Positions 28,232-49,700 of a DNA stretch of 64,000 nt are shown one piece after another. Source of the DNA: Macrostomum lignano (taxonomy: Eukaryota); NCBI GenBank assembly GCA_002269645.1, contig NIVC01002759.1:78663-142662 (forward strand), read 5' to 3'. Made by a program: the position numbers and the translations under genes. The notes beneath the pieces were generated by a model. It made no database searches. It was not told where the DNA came from and was given only the letters and a program-made list of their open reading frames with translations. Position 1 is the first letter of the stretch. Each line of letters opens with the position of its first letter.

Positions 28232-28606
28232 ATGTTGCAGCTGCTCACTCGGACCCTGTCTCCTGCTCAGCTTCGGCTGGCTCTGCATCCCCGCAGGCTG
28301 TCCACCGCAGCTGAGCAGCCGGAGAAGTTCGACATCGCCTGTCTGCAGTACCTGGTCTGCCCGTTAAGCCGGTGCAGCCTGGCCTACAACCCTGCCCGTC
28401 GTGAGCTCGTTTCCTCCAACTTCCAGTTCGCCTATCCGGTGCGCGGCGGCTCCATCCCGATGCTCAGCCCGCACTATGGCAGGCAGCTGACAGACGAAGA
28501 GGTGAGCCTTCTGCAGGCTGGAGCTGCTGGCTGGACTCTGGTGGCCTCTCCGTCGGTGCGTAGCAACTCGCCTGACAAGGCTGATGGCAGCAACGGAACT
28601 GGCTGA
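28232..28606 (+). CDS. PYURF: PreY/UPF0434 Trm112-like mitochondrial protein
   Basis: 124-aa ORF with a presequence-like N-terminus (RRLSTAA) and FDIACLQYLVCPLSRCSLAYNPARRELVSSNFQFAYPVRGGSIPML, matching the PYURF pattern LEFLVCPLSKKPL...AYPIIDGIPNM. Confidence 0.85.
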   Translation: MLQLLTRTLSPAQLRLALHPRRLSTAAEQPEKFDIACLQYLVCPLSRCSLAYNPARRELVSSNFQFAYPVRGGSIPMLSPHYGRQLTDEEVSLLQAGAAGWTLVASPSVRSNSPDKADGSNGTG

Positions 28607-28699
28607 GCTGGAATTTCATCTCTTACTCTACTGGTAGCAACATTTGGATTCACTTTTGAGGGTCCAGCATGAATAGATGTTTAGAAGTCCTTAGAGTTG

Positions 28700-29090
28700 G
28701 GCTGTTTAATCTCTCAGATTTAGGGGTGTGTTTAAATACTCAGATTTAGGGTGTTTAAATCCTCAGATTTAGGGAGTTTAAATCCTTAGATTTCAGGGTG
28801 TTTAATTCCTAAGATTTCGGGGGTGTTTAAATTCTAAGACTTGGGGTGTTTAAATACTCAGATTTCGGGGGTGTTTAAATCCTCAGATTTATGGTGTTTA
28901 AATACTCAGATTTCGGGGGTGTTTAAATCCTCAGATTTATGGTGTTTAAATACTCAGATTTAGGAGTGTTTTAATCCTCAGATTTGGGGGTGTTTAATCC
29001 TCAGATTTCGGAGTGTTTGAATCCTCCGATTTGGGGTGTTTAATCCTCAGATTTCGAGGTGTTTCACGATCCTCAATCGAGGGTGTTTAC
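28700..29090. repeat. Degenerate ~24-26-bp repeat (GTGTTTAAATCCTCAGATTT...)
   Basis: Recurring core TTTAAATCCTCAGATTT. Confidence 0.85.
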
Positions 29091-29359
29091 ATCTTTAGAT
29101 TTAACATAAAAGGATTTTTAGCATCATTTGAGCTCCACTAGTCGAATTTTGAAGTGTTTAGGTCAATGATTTGCGATGATATTTGCTGATAGCTCGTAGG
29201 TAGGCTTATAAATTAAAAACTTGTCTTTTGTACAAATTCCACTCAATGGCTGCCATTTATAAAATATATGCGTAAATGTGTTACACACTGTCCAATGTCT
29301 CTGTTCTAATAAATCAGTTCTATAAAACATTGTGTTTTCCTTCAGTTTTAATATCATCT

Positions 29360-32300
29360 GAGCGCATCAGCTAATCATTTGTCGCCATGCTTAGTCATTA
29401 AAGCGCCACAGCTAATCATTTGGCGCCAAGCTTAATCACCAAAGCGCCACAACTGATCATTTGGCGCCAAGCTTAATCACCAAAGCGCCACAGCTGATCA
29501 TTTGGCCCCAAGCTTACTCATCAAAGCATCACAACTGATCATTTGGCGCCAAGCTTAATCATCAAAGCATCACAGCTGATCATTTGGCGCCCAACTTAAT
29601 CACCAAAGCGCCACAGCTGATCATTTGGCCCCAAGCTTAGTCATTAAAGCGCCACAGCTGATCATTTGGCGCCCAACTTAATCACCAAAGCGCCACAGCT
29701 GATCATTTGGCGCCCAACTTAATCACCAAAGCGCCACAGCTGATCATTTGGCCCCAAGCTTAATCATCAAAGCATCACATCTGATCATTTGGCGCCCAAC
29801 TTAATCACCAAAGCGCCACAGCTGATCATTTGGCCCCAAGCTTGATCATCAAAGCATCACAACTGATCATTTGGCGCCAAGCTTAATCATCAAAGCATCA
29901 CAGCTGATCATTTGGCGCCCAACTTAATCACCAAAGCGCCACAGCTGATCATTTGGCCCCAAGCTTAATCATCAAAGCATCACAACTGATCATTTGGCGC
30001 CAAGCTTAATCATCAAAGCACCACAGCTGATCATTTGGCGCCCAACTTAATCACCAAAGCGCCACAGCTGATCATTTGGCGCCCAACTTAATCACCAAAG
30101 CGCCACAGCTGATCATTTGGCCCCAAGCTTAATCATCAAAGCATCACAACTGATCATTTGGCGCCAAGCTTAATCATCAAAGCATCACAGCTGATCATTT
30201 GGCCCCAAGCTTAATCACCAAAGCGCCACAGCTGATCATTTGGCGCCAAGCTTAATCAACAAAGTACCACAGCTGATCATTTGGCGCCAAGCTTAATCAA
30301 CAAAGCGCCACAGCTGATCATTTGGCACCAAGCTTAATCATCAAAGCGCCACAGCTGATCATTTGGCCCAAGCTTAATCATCAAAGCATCACAGCTGATC
30401 ATTTGGCGCCCAACTTAATCACCAAAGCGCCACAGCTGATCATTTGGCGCCCAACTTAATCACCAAAGCGCCACAGCTGATCATTTGGCCCCAAGCTTAA
30501 TCATCAAAGCATCACAACTGATCATTTGGCGCCAAGCTTAATCATCAAAGCATCACAGCTGATCATTTGGCGCCCAACTTAATCACCAAAGCGCCACAGC
30601 TGATCATTTGGCGCCCAACTTAATCACCAAAGCGCCACAGCTGATCATTTGGCCCCAAGCTTAATCATCAAAGCATCACAACTGATCATTTGGCGCCAAG
30701 CTTAATCATCAAAGCATCACAGCTGATCATTTGGCCCCAAGCTTAATCACCAAAGCGCCACAGCTGATCATTTGGCGCCAAGCTTAATCAACAAAGTACC
30801 ACAGCTGATCATTTGGCGCCAAGCTTAATCAACAAAGCGCCACAGCTGATCATTTGGCACCAAGCTTAATCATCAAAGCGCCACAGCTGATCATTTGGCC
30901 CCAAGCTTAATCATCAAAGCATCACAGCTGATCATTTGGCGCCCAACTTAATCACCAAAGCGCCACAGCTGATCATTTGGCGCCCAACTTAATCACCAAA
31001 GCGCCACAGCTGATCATTTGGCCCCAAGCTTAATCATCAAAGCATCACAACTGATCATTTGGCGCCAAGCTTAATCATCAAAGCATCACAGCTGATCATT
31101 TGGCCCCAAGCTTAATCACCAAAGCGCCACAGCTGATCATTTGGCCCCAAGCTTAATCATCAAAGCATCACAGCTGATCATTTGGCGCCCAACTTAATCA
31201 CCAAAGCGCCACAGCTGATCATTTGGCCCCAAGCTTAATCATCAAAGCATCACAACTGATCATTTGGCGCCAAGCTTAATCATCAAAGCATCACAGCTGA
31301 TCATTTGGCGCCCAACTTAATCACCAAAGCGCCACAGCTGATCATTTGGCGCCCAACTTAATCACCAAAGCGCCACAGCTGATCATTTGGCCCCAAGCTT
31401 AATCATCAAAGCATCACAACTGATCATTTGGCGCCAAGCTTAATCATCAAAGCATCACAGCTGATCATTTGGCCCCAAGCTTAATCACCAAAGCGCCACA
31501 GCTGATCATTTGGCGCCAAGCTTAATCAACAAAGTACCACAGCTGATCATTTGGCGCCAAGCTTAATCAACAAAGTACCACAGCTGATCATTTGGCACCA
31601 AGCTTAATCATCAAAGCGCCACAGCTGATCATTTGGCCCCAAGCTTAATCATCAAAGCATCACAGCTGATCATTTGGCGCCCAACTTAATCACCAAAGCG
31701 CCACAGCTGATCATTTGGCGCCCAACTTAATCACCAAAGCGCCACAGCTGATCATTTGGCCCCAAGCTTAATCATCAACGCATCACAGCTGATCATTTGG
31801 CGCCCAACTTAATCACCAAAGCGCCACAGCTCATCATTTGGCCCCAAGCTTAATCACCAAAGCGGCACAGCTGATCATTTGGCCCCAAGCTTAATCATCA
31901 AAGCATCACAACTGATCATTTGGCGCCAAGCTTAATCATCAAAGCACCACAGCTGATCATTTGGCGCCCAACTTAATCACCAAAGCGCCACAGCTGATCA
32001 TTTGGCCCCAAGCTTAATCATCAAAGCATCACAACTGATCATTTGGCGCCAAGCTTAATCATCAAAGCATCACAGCTGATCATTTGGCCCCAAGCTTAAT
32101 CACCAAAGCGCCACAGCTGATCATTTGGCCCCAAGCTTAATCATCAAAGCATCACAACTGATCATTTGGCGCCAAGCTTTATCATCAAAGCACCACAGCT
32201 GATCATTTGGCGCCCAACTTAATCACCAAAGCGCCACAGCTGATCATTTGGCCCCAAGCTTAATCATCAAAGCATCACAGCTGATCATTTGGCGCCCAAC

Positions 32301-32985
32301 TTAATCACCAAAGCGCCACAGCTGATCATTTGGCGCCCAACTTAATCACCAAAGCGCCACAGCTGATCATTTGGCGCCCAACTTAATCACCAAAGCGCCA
32401 CAGCTGATCATTTGGCGCCCAACTTAATCACCAAAGCGCCACAGCTGATCATTTGGCCCCAAGCTTAATCATCAAAGCATCACAACTGATCATTTGGCGC
32501 CAAGCTTAATCATCAAAGCATCACAGCTGATCATTTGGCCCCAAGCTTAATCACCAAAGCGCCACAGCTGATCATTTGGCGCCAAGCTTAATCAACAAAG
32601 CACCACAGCTGATCATTTGGCGCCAAGCTTAATCAACAAAGCGCCACAGCTGATCATTTGGCACCAAGCTTAATCATCAAAGCGCCACAGCTGATCATTT
32701 GGCCCCAAGCTTAATCAACAAAGCGCCACAGCTGATCATTTGGCGCCAAGCTTAATCATCAAAGCATCACAGCTGATCATTTGGCGCCAAGCTTAATCAA
32801 CAAAGCGCCACAGCTGATCATTTGGCGCCAAGCTTAATCATCAAAGCATCACAGCTGATCATTTGGCGCCAAGCTTAGCCATCTGAGCGCCACAGCTGAT
32901 CATTTGGCGCCAAGCTTAGCCATCTGAGCGCCACAGCTGATCATTTGGCGCCAAGCTTAGCCATCTGAGCGCCACAGCTGATCAT
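29360..32985. repeat. 41-bp satellite (CAGCTGATCATTTGGCGCCAAGCTTAATCATCAAAGCGCCA)n
   Basis: About 3.6 kb array. The variant AAAGTACC recurs at 30261, 30793 and 31531, indicating multi-unit block duplications. Confidence 0.98.
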
Positions 32986-33539
32986 TCTGTCACTGGCTTC
33001 TGGCTAAAGCAGATTTGTCTGCAAATTAAGTGAAAGCAGGTGTTTCTATATGGTTGGCATTGTCTTTACAAATTGCATTCGCCTCGGGCAAAGCTTCATA
33101 GCTCTCCGTGTTTCCAACTTGCCAATCTTGCTAATTTACTTGAGCCGGCGGCTTTCCTGTCATCCCAGCCGTTTCTTTTCGGGCGAGCAAAAGAAATTCC
33201 AAAGAAGCTATTGAAGTGAGAGCCGGGCGTGCTCCACTGCGCGAGTTCGAGTCTTCACTATTTGAGCAGTGTCTCAGTCAGCCGGCCTCTGTTGTTGACT
33301 CGCATGCAATTACTTAGAGCGGCCACGCCCATGCCTGTGCGATCGGAGCATTTTCTAGCTGTCCTTTTATTTTCCTTCTGCATGAGGAAATCAGGATGCA
33401 TTGCTCAACTCAAGATAATAACTGTGTCACCCACCAGCAGGGCATGTTGCATGAGCACATTTACACGGATTGCACTTCAACATTTCAACATTAAATTATT
33501 AGATGCCATGACGGTTGCTCTAGTATAGAGCATAGTATA

Positions 33540-34490
33540 TGCTGCTATACTATACGGTTGCTATACTTGTTACTATGACGGTTGCTATACGGTTGCTATA
33601 TTTGTTACTATGACGGTTGCTATACGGTTGCTATATTTGTTACTATGACGGTTGCTATACGGTTGCTATATTTGTTACTATGACGGTTGCTATACGGTTG
33701 CTATACTTGTTGCCAGCTTGTTGCTATGCTTGTTGCTATACGGTTGCTATATTTGTTACTATGACGGTTGCTATTCGGTTGCTATATTTGTTACTATGAC
33801 GGTTGCTATACGGTTGCTATACTTGTTGCTATGCTTGTTACTATGACGGTTGCTATACGGTTGCTATATTTGTTACTATGACGGTTGCTATACGGTTGCT
33901 ATATTTGTTACTATGACGGTTGCTATACGGTTGCTATACTTGTTGCTATGCCTGTTGCTATACGGTTGCTATATTTGTTACTATGACGGTTGCTATACGG
34001 TTGCTATATTTGTTACTATGTATGACGGTTGCTATATTTGTTACTATGACCGTTGCTATACGGTTGCTATATTTGTTGCTATGCTTGTTGCTATGCCTGT
34101 TGCTATACGGTTGCTATATTTGTTACTATGACGGTTGCTATACGGTTGCTATACTTGTTGCTATGCTTGTTGCTATGCTTGTTGCTATACGGTTGCTATA
34201 TTTGTTACTATGACGGTTGCTATACGGTTGCTATACTTGTTGCTATGCCTGTTGCTATACGGTTGCTATATTTGTTACTATGACGGTTGCTATACGGTTG
34301 CTATACTTGTTGCTATGCTTGTTGCTATGCTTGTTGCTATACGGTTGCTATATTTGTTACTATGACGGTTGCTATACGGTTGCTATACTTGTTGCTATGC
34401 CTGTTGCTATACGGTTGCTATATTTGTTACTATGACGGTTGCTATACGGTTGCTATGACGGTTGCTATGATGTTTCTGTACAGTTGCTAT
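33540..34490. repeat. Mosaic TTGCTATA-based minisatellite
   Basis: Permuted blocks TTGCTATACGG, TTGTTACTATGACGG and TTGCTATGC. Confidence 0.93.
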
Positions 34491-35047
34491 GCGTTTGAGT
34501 GCACATTCGAGCAAATTATACTGTCTTCATACATGTAATTGTAGTTGCTATGCCACCCGATTTCCGCGTATAGCAGTTGATATCCATAATGTTCACCCTC
34601 GCAACAGTCGTCATTTTACGTATTTTGCGCCACTGAATGCACAACACGCGGTCGCGGTAGCACCGTAGCTACATGTAAATCGATACACAGTTGTTTTCTC
34701 GTTTTACTTTTTCTATTCACTGTGACTGGAACTTATCACCACTATATTTATCAGTGAAGCTTTTTCATTTTTACTGCGCTACTCATGTGTACAACGCAGA
34801 CATGTCTGCATGTCTCGTTTTTTAAGGTACAAATTGTAACTCAGCGATGAAGATGGGTTCAAGTAAAGTGAGCTGATCACGTGACATAATAGCTGGATTG
34901 GAGACGACTGAGGCACGCAGAGACAGTCTGCGGCAGGATCCCTCTGGCTTTATAAATCTACTGTAATCTGTTAGTAATACTTATTACTGTGTAAAATGCC
35001 TTTATCAGTATTATACGAACTAAATATTACTCTGCTGTTATCTTCCT

Positions 35048-35260
35048 CGTCACTCACTCACTCACTCACTCATTCACTCAATCACATAATAACTCACTCA
35101 TTCACTTAATCACTCACTCCTTCACCCACTCAATCAATCAATCAATCAATCACTCACTCATTCAATCACTCACTTACTCATTCACTCACCCACTCACTGA
35201 CTCATTCACTCAATCAACTAACCCATCAATCAATCATTCACGCAGTCACTCCCTGCTCAT
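35048..35260. repeat. Degenerate (CACT)n/(CAAT)n microsatellite
   Basis: Directly visible. Confidence 0.85.
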
Positions 35261-36044
35261 TCATTAACTCAATTATGTGAAACTACATTACTCTCACATC
35301 GTTCTTACATATTCATGTAGCATTATAATTAATTTATGAAATGAGAAATACAAGGGACAGGTTGATTCTTTCAAGATCATCAAGGCGGCCTGAAGTGCTC
35401 GCAGCATCTGTGCACATACTCAGCTCCATCTAACCTTCGTTCCCAGCTTCTCAGGCGTGATTGGCCCTCAAGTCCGAATTCCTGCACGCCAGTTCAGTCA
35501 GGCTGAGAAGGATAAGAAGGAACGCAGGTAAGCTGTGTTTTTCCCGAAGCAGCAGACAGGCGAATTTCCAAATTCCCCACCTTTTAAGTCAATTTGAGAC
35601 TCGCACTCAGCAAGGTTGACAGATTGGAGCCCGAAACTCGACACCTGACTAAAATATAAAGTAGCCAGTTAAGATTTAGTCCTGTTGACTTGGCATTCAA
35701 CACGTTCAACGCGTTCAAGGTGAGTAGAAGCTAGCAAATTAGCACTTTTCTAGGGCTTTTCAGCTTTTTGTGAGTTTTCGTACGAATAAGATGTCACGTT
35801 TTTGTCTTGCCACTTCGAAGGATATGGAAGGAGAAAAGTAGAAGGTGTCAGTGTGATGAGATGGAGAGAGGAGGAAGAGGAGAGGTGAGATAAGAGAGAG
35901 GAGAAGGGTGAGAAGAGAGTGACGGTGGACTTTTCTTTGGGCCACCCTTATATTTTTTAAGGGGCGATACCCTTTGTCTCTGAGGTGGCTCAGTTAGCAG
36001 CCTTTGGATAAACCATCTCATTCTTCGTTATTGTAAGAATGCAA

Positions 36045-36190
36045 TAGGAAGAGAGGAGAGAGGTAAGAGGAGATAGGAGAGGGGTGAGAGGAGAGAGTGA
36101 GAGGAGAGGGGTAAGAGGAGAGGGTGAGGGGAGAGAGGGGAGAGGAGAGGGGTGAGAGGAGAAGAGAGGAGAGGGGAGAGAAGAGAGGTT
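36045..36190. repeat. Polypurine GA-rich tract
   Basis: Almost purely G/A (GAGAGGAGAGG...), about 200 bp upstream of the first CNGB coding exon. Confidence 0.8.
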
Positions 36191-36397
36191 AATTCTTCAG
36201 AGTTATAAACAGCAAAAATGCTTTAAGCTCGTAGAATTAATCTGGTCCCTAGAATATTACAGAATTTTTCGTCACGAAATGTCACAGCATCATGAATAAG
36301 TGACGAGTGCCATCCTGATTAGCTACTGAGTCAGAATCAGAAAAATAAATTCTGCTACATCAATTTTCAATCAAATTCTATTCACAGTGGCAAGAAA

Positions 36398-45931
<9,534 letters not shown>

Positions 45932-46795
45932 ATGCGAGCTATGGCTTACTCGTAGTGTAGCTCGCATCTCATATATGACTTACTCGTATATTTTTTTCAT
46001 ATTTGACTCATATTTGCCAGCAAAACTTTTATAGCTGACCTTTCAGTTTTGAATTGATACTCATATTGCGATTATTTATATTATTGGTCACACAGATAAA
46101 TGTGTGCACATTTTTGCAACTTTGGATAATTGAGTGCATATTGTTCGTACACGATTGGTAATATACAGCATGCAATAGACAGTTACTGGGAGTTTGATAA
46201 TAGCAACTTGTGTAGTCGCACAAAAAAATTATCCTTGTAAATTTTAGTTCGTCACGAAATGTAAGCCATGCGATGCAGTACGAGCGTAAAGTTTTCCACC
46301 TCTGCAAGGGAGGCTTATTGTCGCTATGCAAGCAGATTCGGTGGTGTACACTGTGGAGTACAGTCAAAATAGGGTACTAAAATAAGGACGGAACAGAGCG
46401 GGACTGTTTAATTGTGTTTTTCGTCTCCGCTCAAATCCGCCACGTACATGTACGTACGTACAGCAGGTAGAGCGAAACGCCTGCACTAGCTGGATTCAGT
46501 CAGAGCAGGCAATGAGGCTTATTGCCTGTACACTAGGCTTGGAGAGACGCTATGATTCCATGTGTATGCAGCCACTTATAGGTTTGCCTGAAAGGAAGCC
46601 TAAACGGGCAAAACACTTGGAGACGTGCTTGCTTGGAAGGGCCGTTGGAAATATTTGTAAGTCTTGTTATAACTTGATTTATATTTTTAATCCGAATGCA
46701 CTTTAGATTGAAAATACACAGGTGCATATCTGCATGTATTCCACTATTAACTGGTTCATTTCCAGATAAGTTAACGTCCAACATAACCAGCTGTC

Positions 46796-49700
46796 ATGTC
46801 GGAAGACATTCAAAAGTCTCTGCTCAAAATGATGAAGCATAGTGAAAGGAAGCTGGAAAAAAGCGATATAGGATCGGAAAAAGACAAAGTAGAGCGAAAC
46901 TTGTTCTTCGCCTCGGTCGCATCAGGCAACAATCGTTCCGTGCACTCGTTTTTGCTGAAAGGCATCGACCCGAACGCCACAAACGAGGAGGGTCGCTCCG
47001 GCCTGCACATTGCCGCACTGTCGAGCCACCAGGACGTGTTCGGCACGCTGCTCACCAGGGGAGCGAATTCCGATCAGGCCGACAAGAGCGGCATCACGCC
47101 GCTGATGTGCGCCGCTCAGTCGGGCAGCGTTGTCATCGTCGACCAGCTCCTTGGTCGCGGCGCGGACGTGACGAAGAAAACAAACGACGGCTTGTCGGCC
47201 GTATTCTACGCTCTGTTCAACGGGAACACAAAGATTGCTAAGAAGCTGGAGGAGCAACAGTCGTGCATTCATCAGCTAGCGGAGGAGCCGACCGCTAGTA
47301 TTCTTGAAAAGGCGGTCACAAAGAACTGGATCAAGGTGGTACGATTCATGCACGAAAGAAAGTGCGATGTGTCCTACCGAGCAAAGCTCGTCCTCGCCTC
47401 CCAAGCTGGCCTGTGCGGTCACACGGAGATGTTGAAGTACTTTCCAGTAAAGTTTGATGACAAAGTTGATGAAGATGGCCGCAGCCCTCTTCGCTGCGCA
47501 GTGCAGAACGGTTTTTATGATGCTGTGAAATACATGCTGGACGAAGGCTGCGATGTGAAGAACAATGAAGAATGCGTTAAAATTGCCATCTTGACAGGGC
47601 ACTTGGAAATACTAAAACTCTTAAGAGAGAAAGGCGCTCCGCTTTACGAAAAAGACGAACAAGGCGTCACCCCCATTCAGCTAGCTCTTGCCCAGGGAAC
47701 ATTGGATATGCTGAAGTACCTCCTGGACCAGGGCTGCTCCCTGGAAGCCCATGAGAAAATGGGAAACTTACCTATAATGGCAGTATCAATGCGACAGACG
47801 GAACTACCAGAAGTCTTGAAATTTCTTTCTGAGAAAGGCTTGAAAATCGATGAGCAGGATCCTAACACTGGCGAAACAGCACTTTTAGCAATTTCCGAGA
47901 AGGGACCGATTCAAGCCATCGAGTTTCTCATCGATCAGGGTTGCAATTTGAGCGTTAAGAATCGGCGCGATGTGACACCAGCGTTAAGAGCCGCTCATAA
48001 CAAGCAAGAAGACATACTGATGCTGCTGGGAGAGCGAGGCGCAGAACTGGACATACCGAATCGTAACGGTGAGACCGCCATTTTGTGCGCAGCGCGCAAT
48101 AAGTCGCTTTCAATGGTTCGTTTTTTGGCAGAAAAAGGTTGCAAGCTGGATACGAGGGACATCCTCGGGCATAGCATCGCCTACTACGCAGTGAAGGAAA
48201 ATAATGTGGCACTACTGAACTTTCTTCAGCAAAGAAGGGTTTCTTTTGACGACCCGGACAACAAAGGGATGACGCCGCTTATAATTGCCGTTAAATGCGG
48301 AGCAATCGACGCGATCAAGCTTCTGACAACCCGACCCAATCTGTGCACGATCGACTACAAAGACAGAGCCGGTAGAACTGCTTTGCAACACGCTGTCGCA
48401 ACAGGTAAGCTGGAAATCATCAAATATTTGAAAGAGAAAAATGCCAACGTAAGCACTGTAGACTGTGCTGGAAACACGTTACTTCTAGAAGCACTAAAGC
48501 AGAAAAGATCTTATGCCGTTTTGGAATATCTAACTGAAACTCTTGAGTGCGACATTCAGGCAACAAATAATGAAATCAAAACAGCCATGCACTATGCCTG
48601 CATGGATAAGACAAACGACGCCCTGATGCATCTACTTGAAGCTGAGTCGCCCTTCGATACTCAAGACCACGACGGAATGACGCCTTTCATGATCAGTTCT
48701 GCTCAAGGCAGCGAATCGCTTGTCACCGTGCTCAAGTCCGTTGGTGCCGACGTCAACAGACGGAATCATGCCGGCGAAAATGCGGTTCACTTGGCGGTAA
48801 AGAGCGGCAATCTCAAGGTTGTCCAGTGCTTCTCCCTGTTTGGTTGCGTGATGGACCAGGAAGACAACTGCGGCATCACACCGCTGATGATCGCCTGCTC
48901 AAAAAACGAGCTGGGCATGGTCAGGTTTCTCGTCAAGAAAAATCGAGCGGATGTCAATGCCATCGCTCACAATGGACGAACACCGGCGCACTTTGCGTGC
49001 CAGTCTGGTTCCTTGGAGCTTTTGAAGCTTTTGCACAGCCAGGGTGCAGAGTTGGACAATGCAGATAACAACGGCGTTACGCCCATCTTCCTCGCAGCCG
49101 CAAATCAAAATGAAGCGTTCTTGGTGTACCTTAGCAACTCCGGATGCCAGCTAGCCGCTGCGGACATGTCCTTGAAGACTGTTCTTCACTACGCTGTTGA
49201 GGGAAAGAACGAGGCCGCTGTCCGATCTCTGCTCGAAAGGGATGGCATCGATCCTAATGCACTTGATGACTCAGGGACTTCGCCCGTGATGCTGAGCGTC
49301 CAGCTCGGCAGCGACTCCATCCTGGAGGCGCTTCGGAAGAAAGGCGGTAGAATCGATGAAACATTCGACCAGGAATGGCGCAGCATTGCCCACATGGCCT
49401 GCGCAACTGGAAACCTGAGGCTACTTCACGAGACAAAAGGCCAGGTGTCACTCAGTAGCCGAACAAAGTCAAGTGAAAACTGCTTAACTATTGCGTGCGC
49501 GAACGGACACGAAGAGATCGTGAACTTTCTAATTCAGAGTAAGGTTCACATAAGCTACAAGAATTCTCAAGGTGATAACGCACTGATTGTTGCTGTGAAG
49601 AGTTCAAATTTAAAGCTGGTTCCTGTGCTGCTGAAAGCTGGAGCAAAAGCACAGGACACTAATAAAGAGGGAAACAACGCTGCGCACGTGCTCTGCAGCA

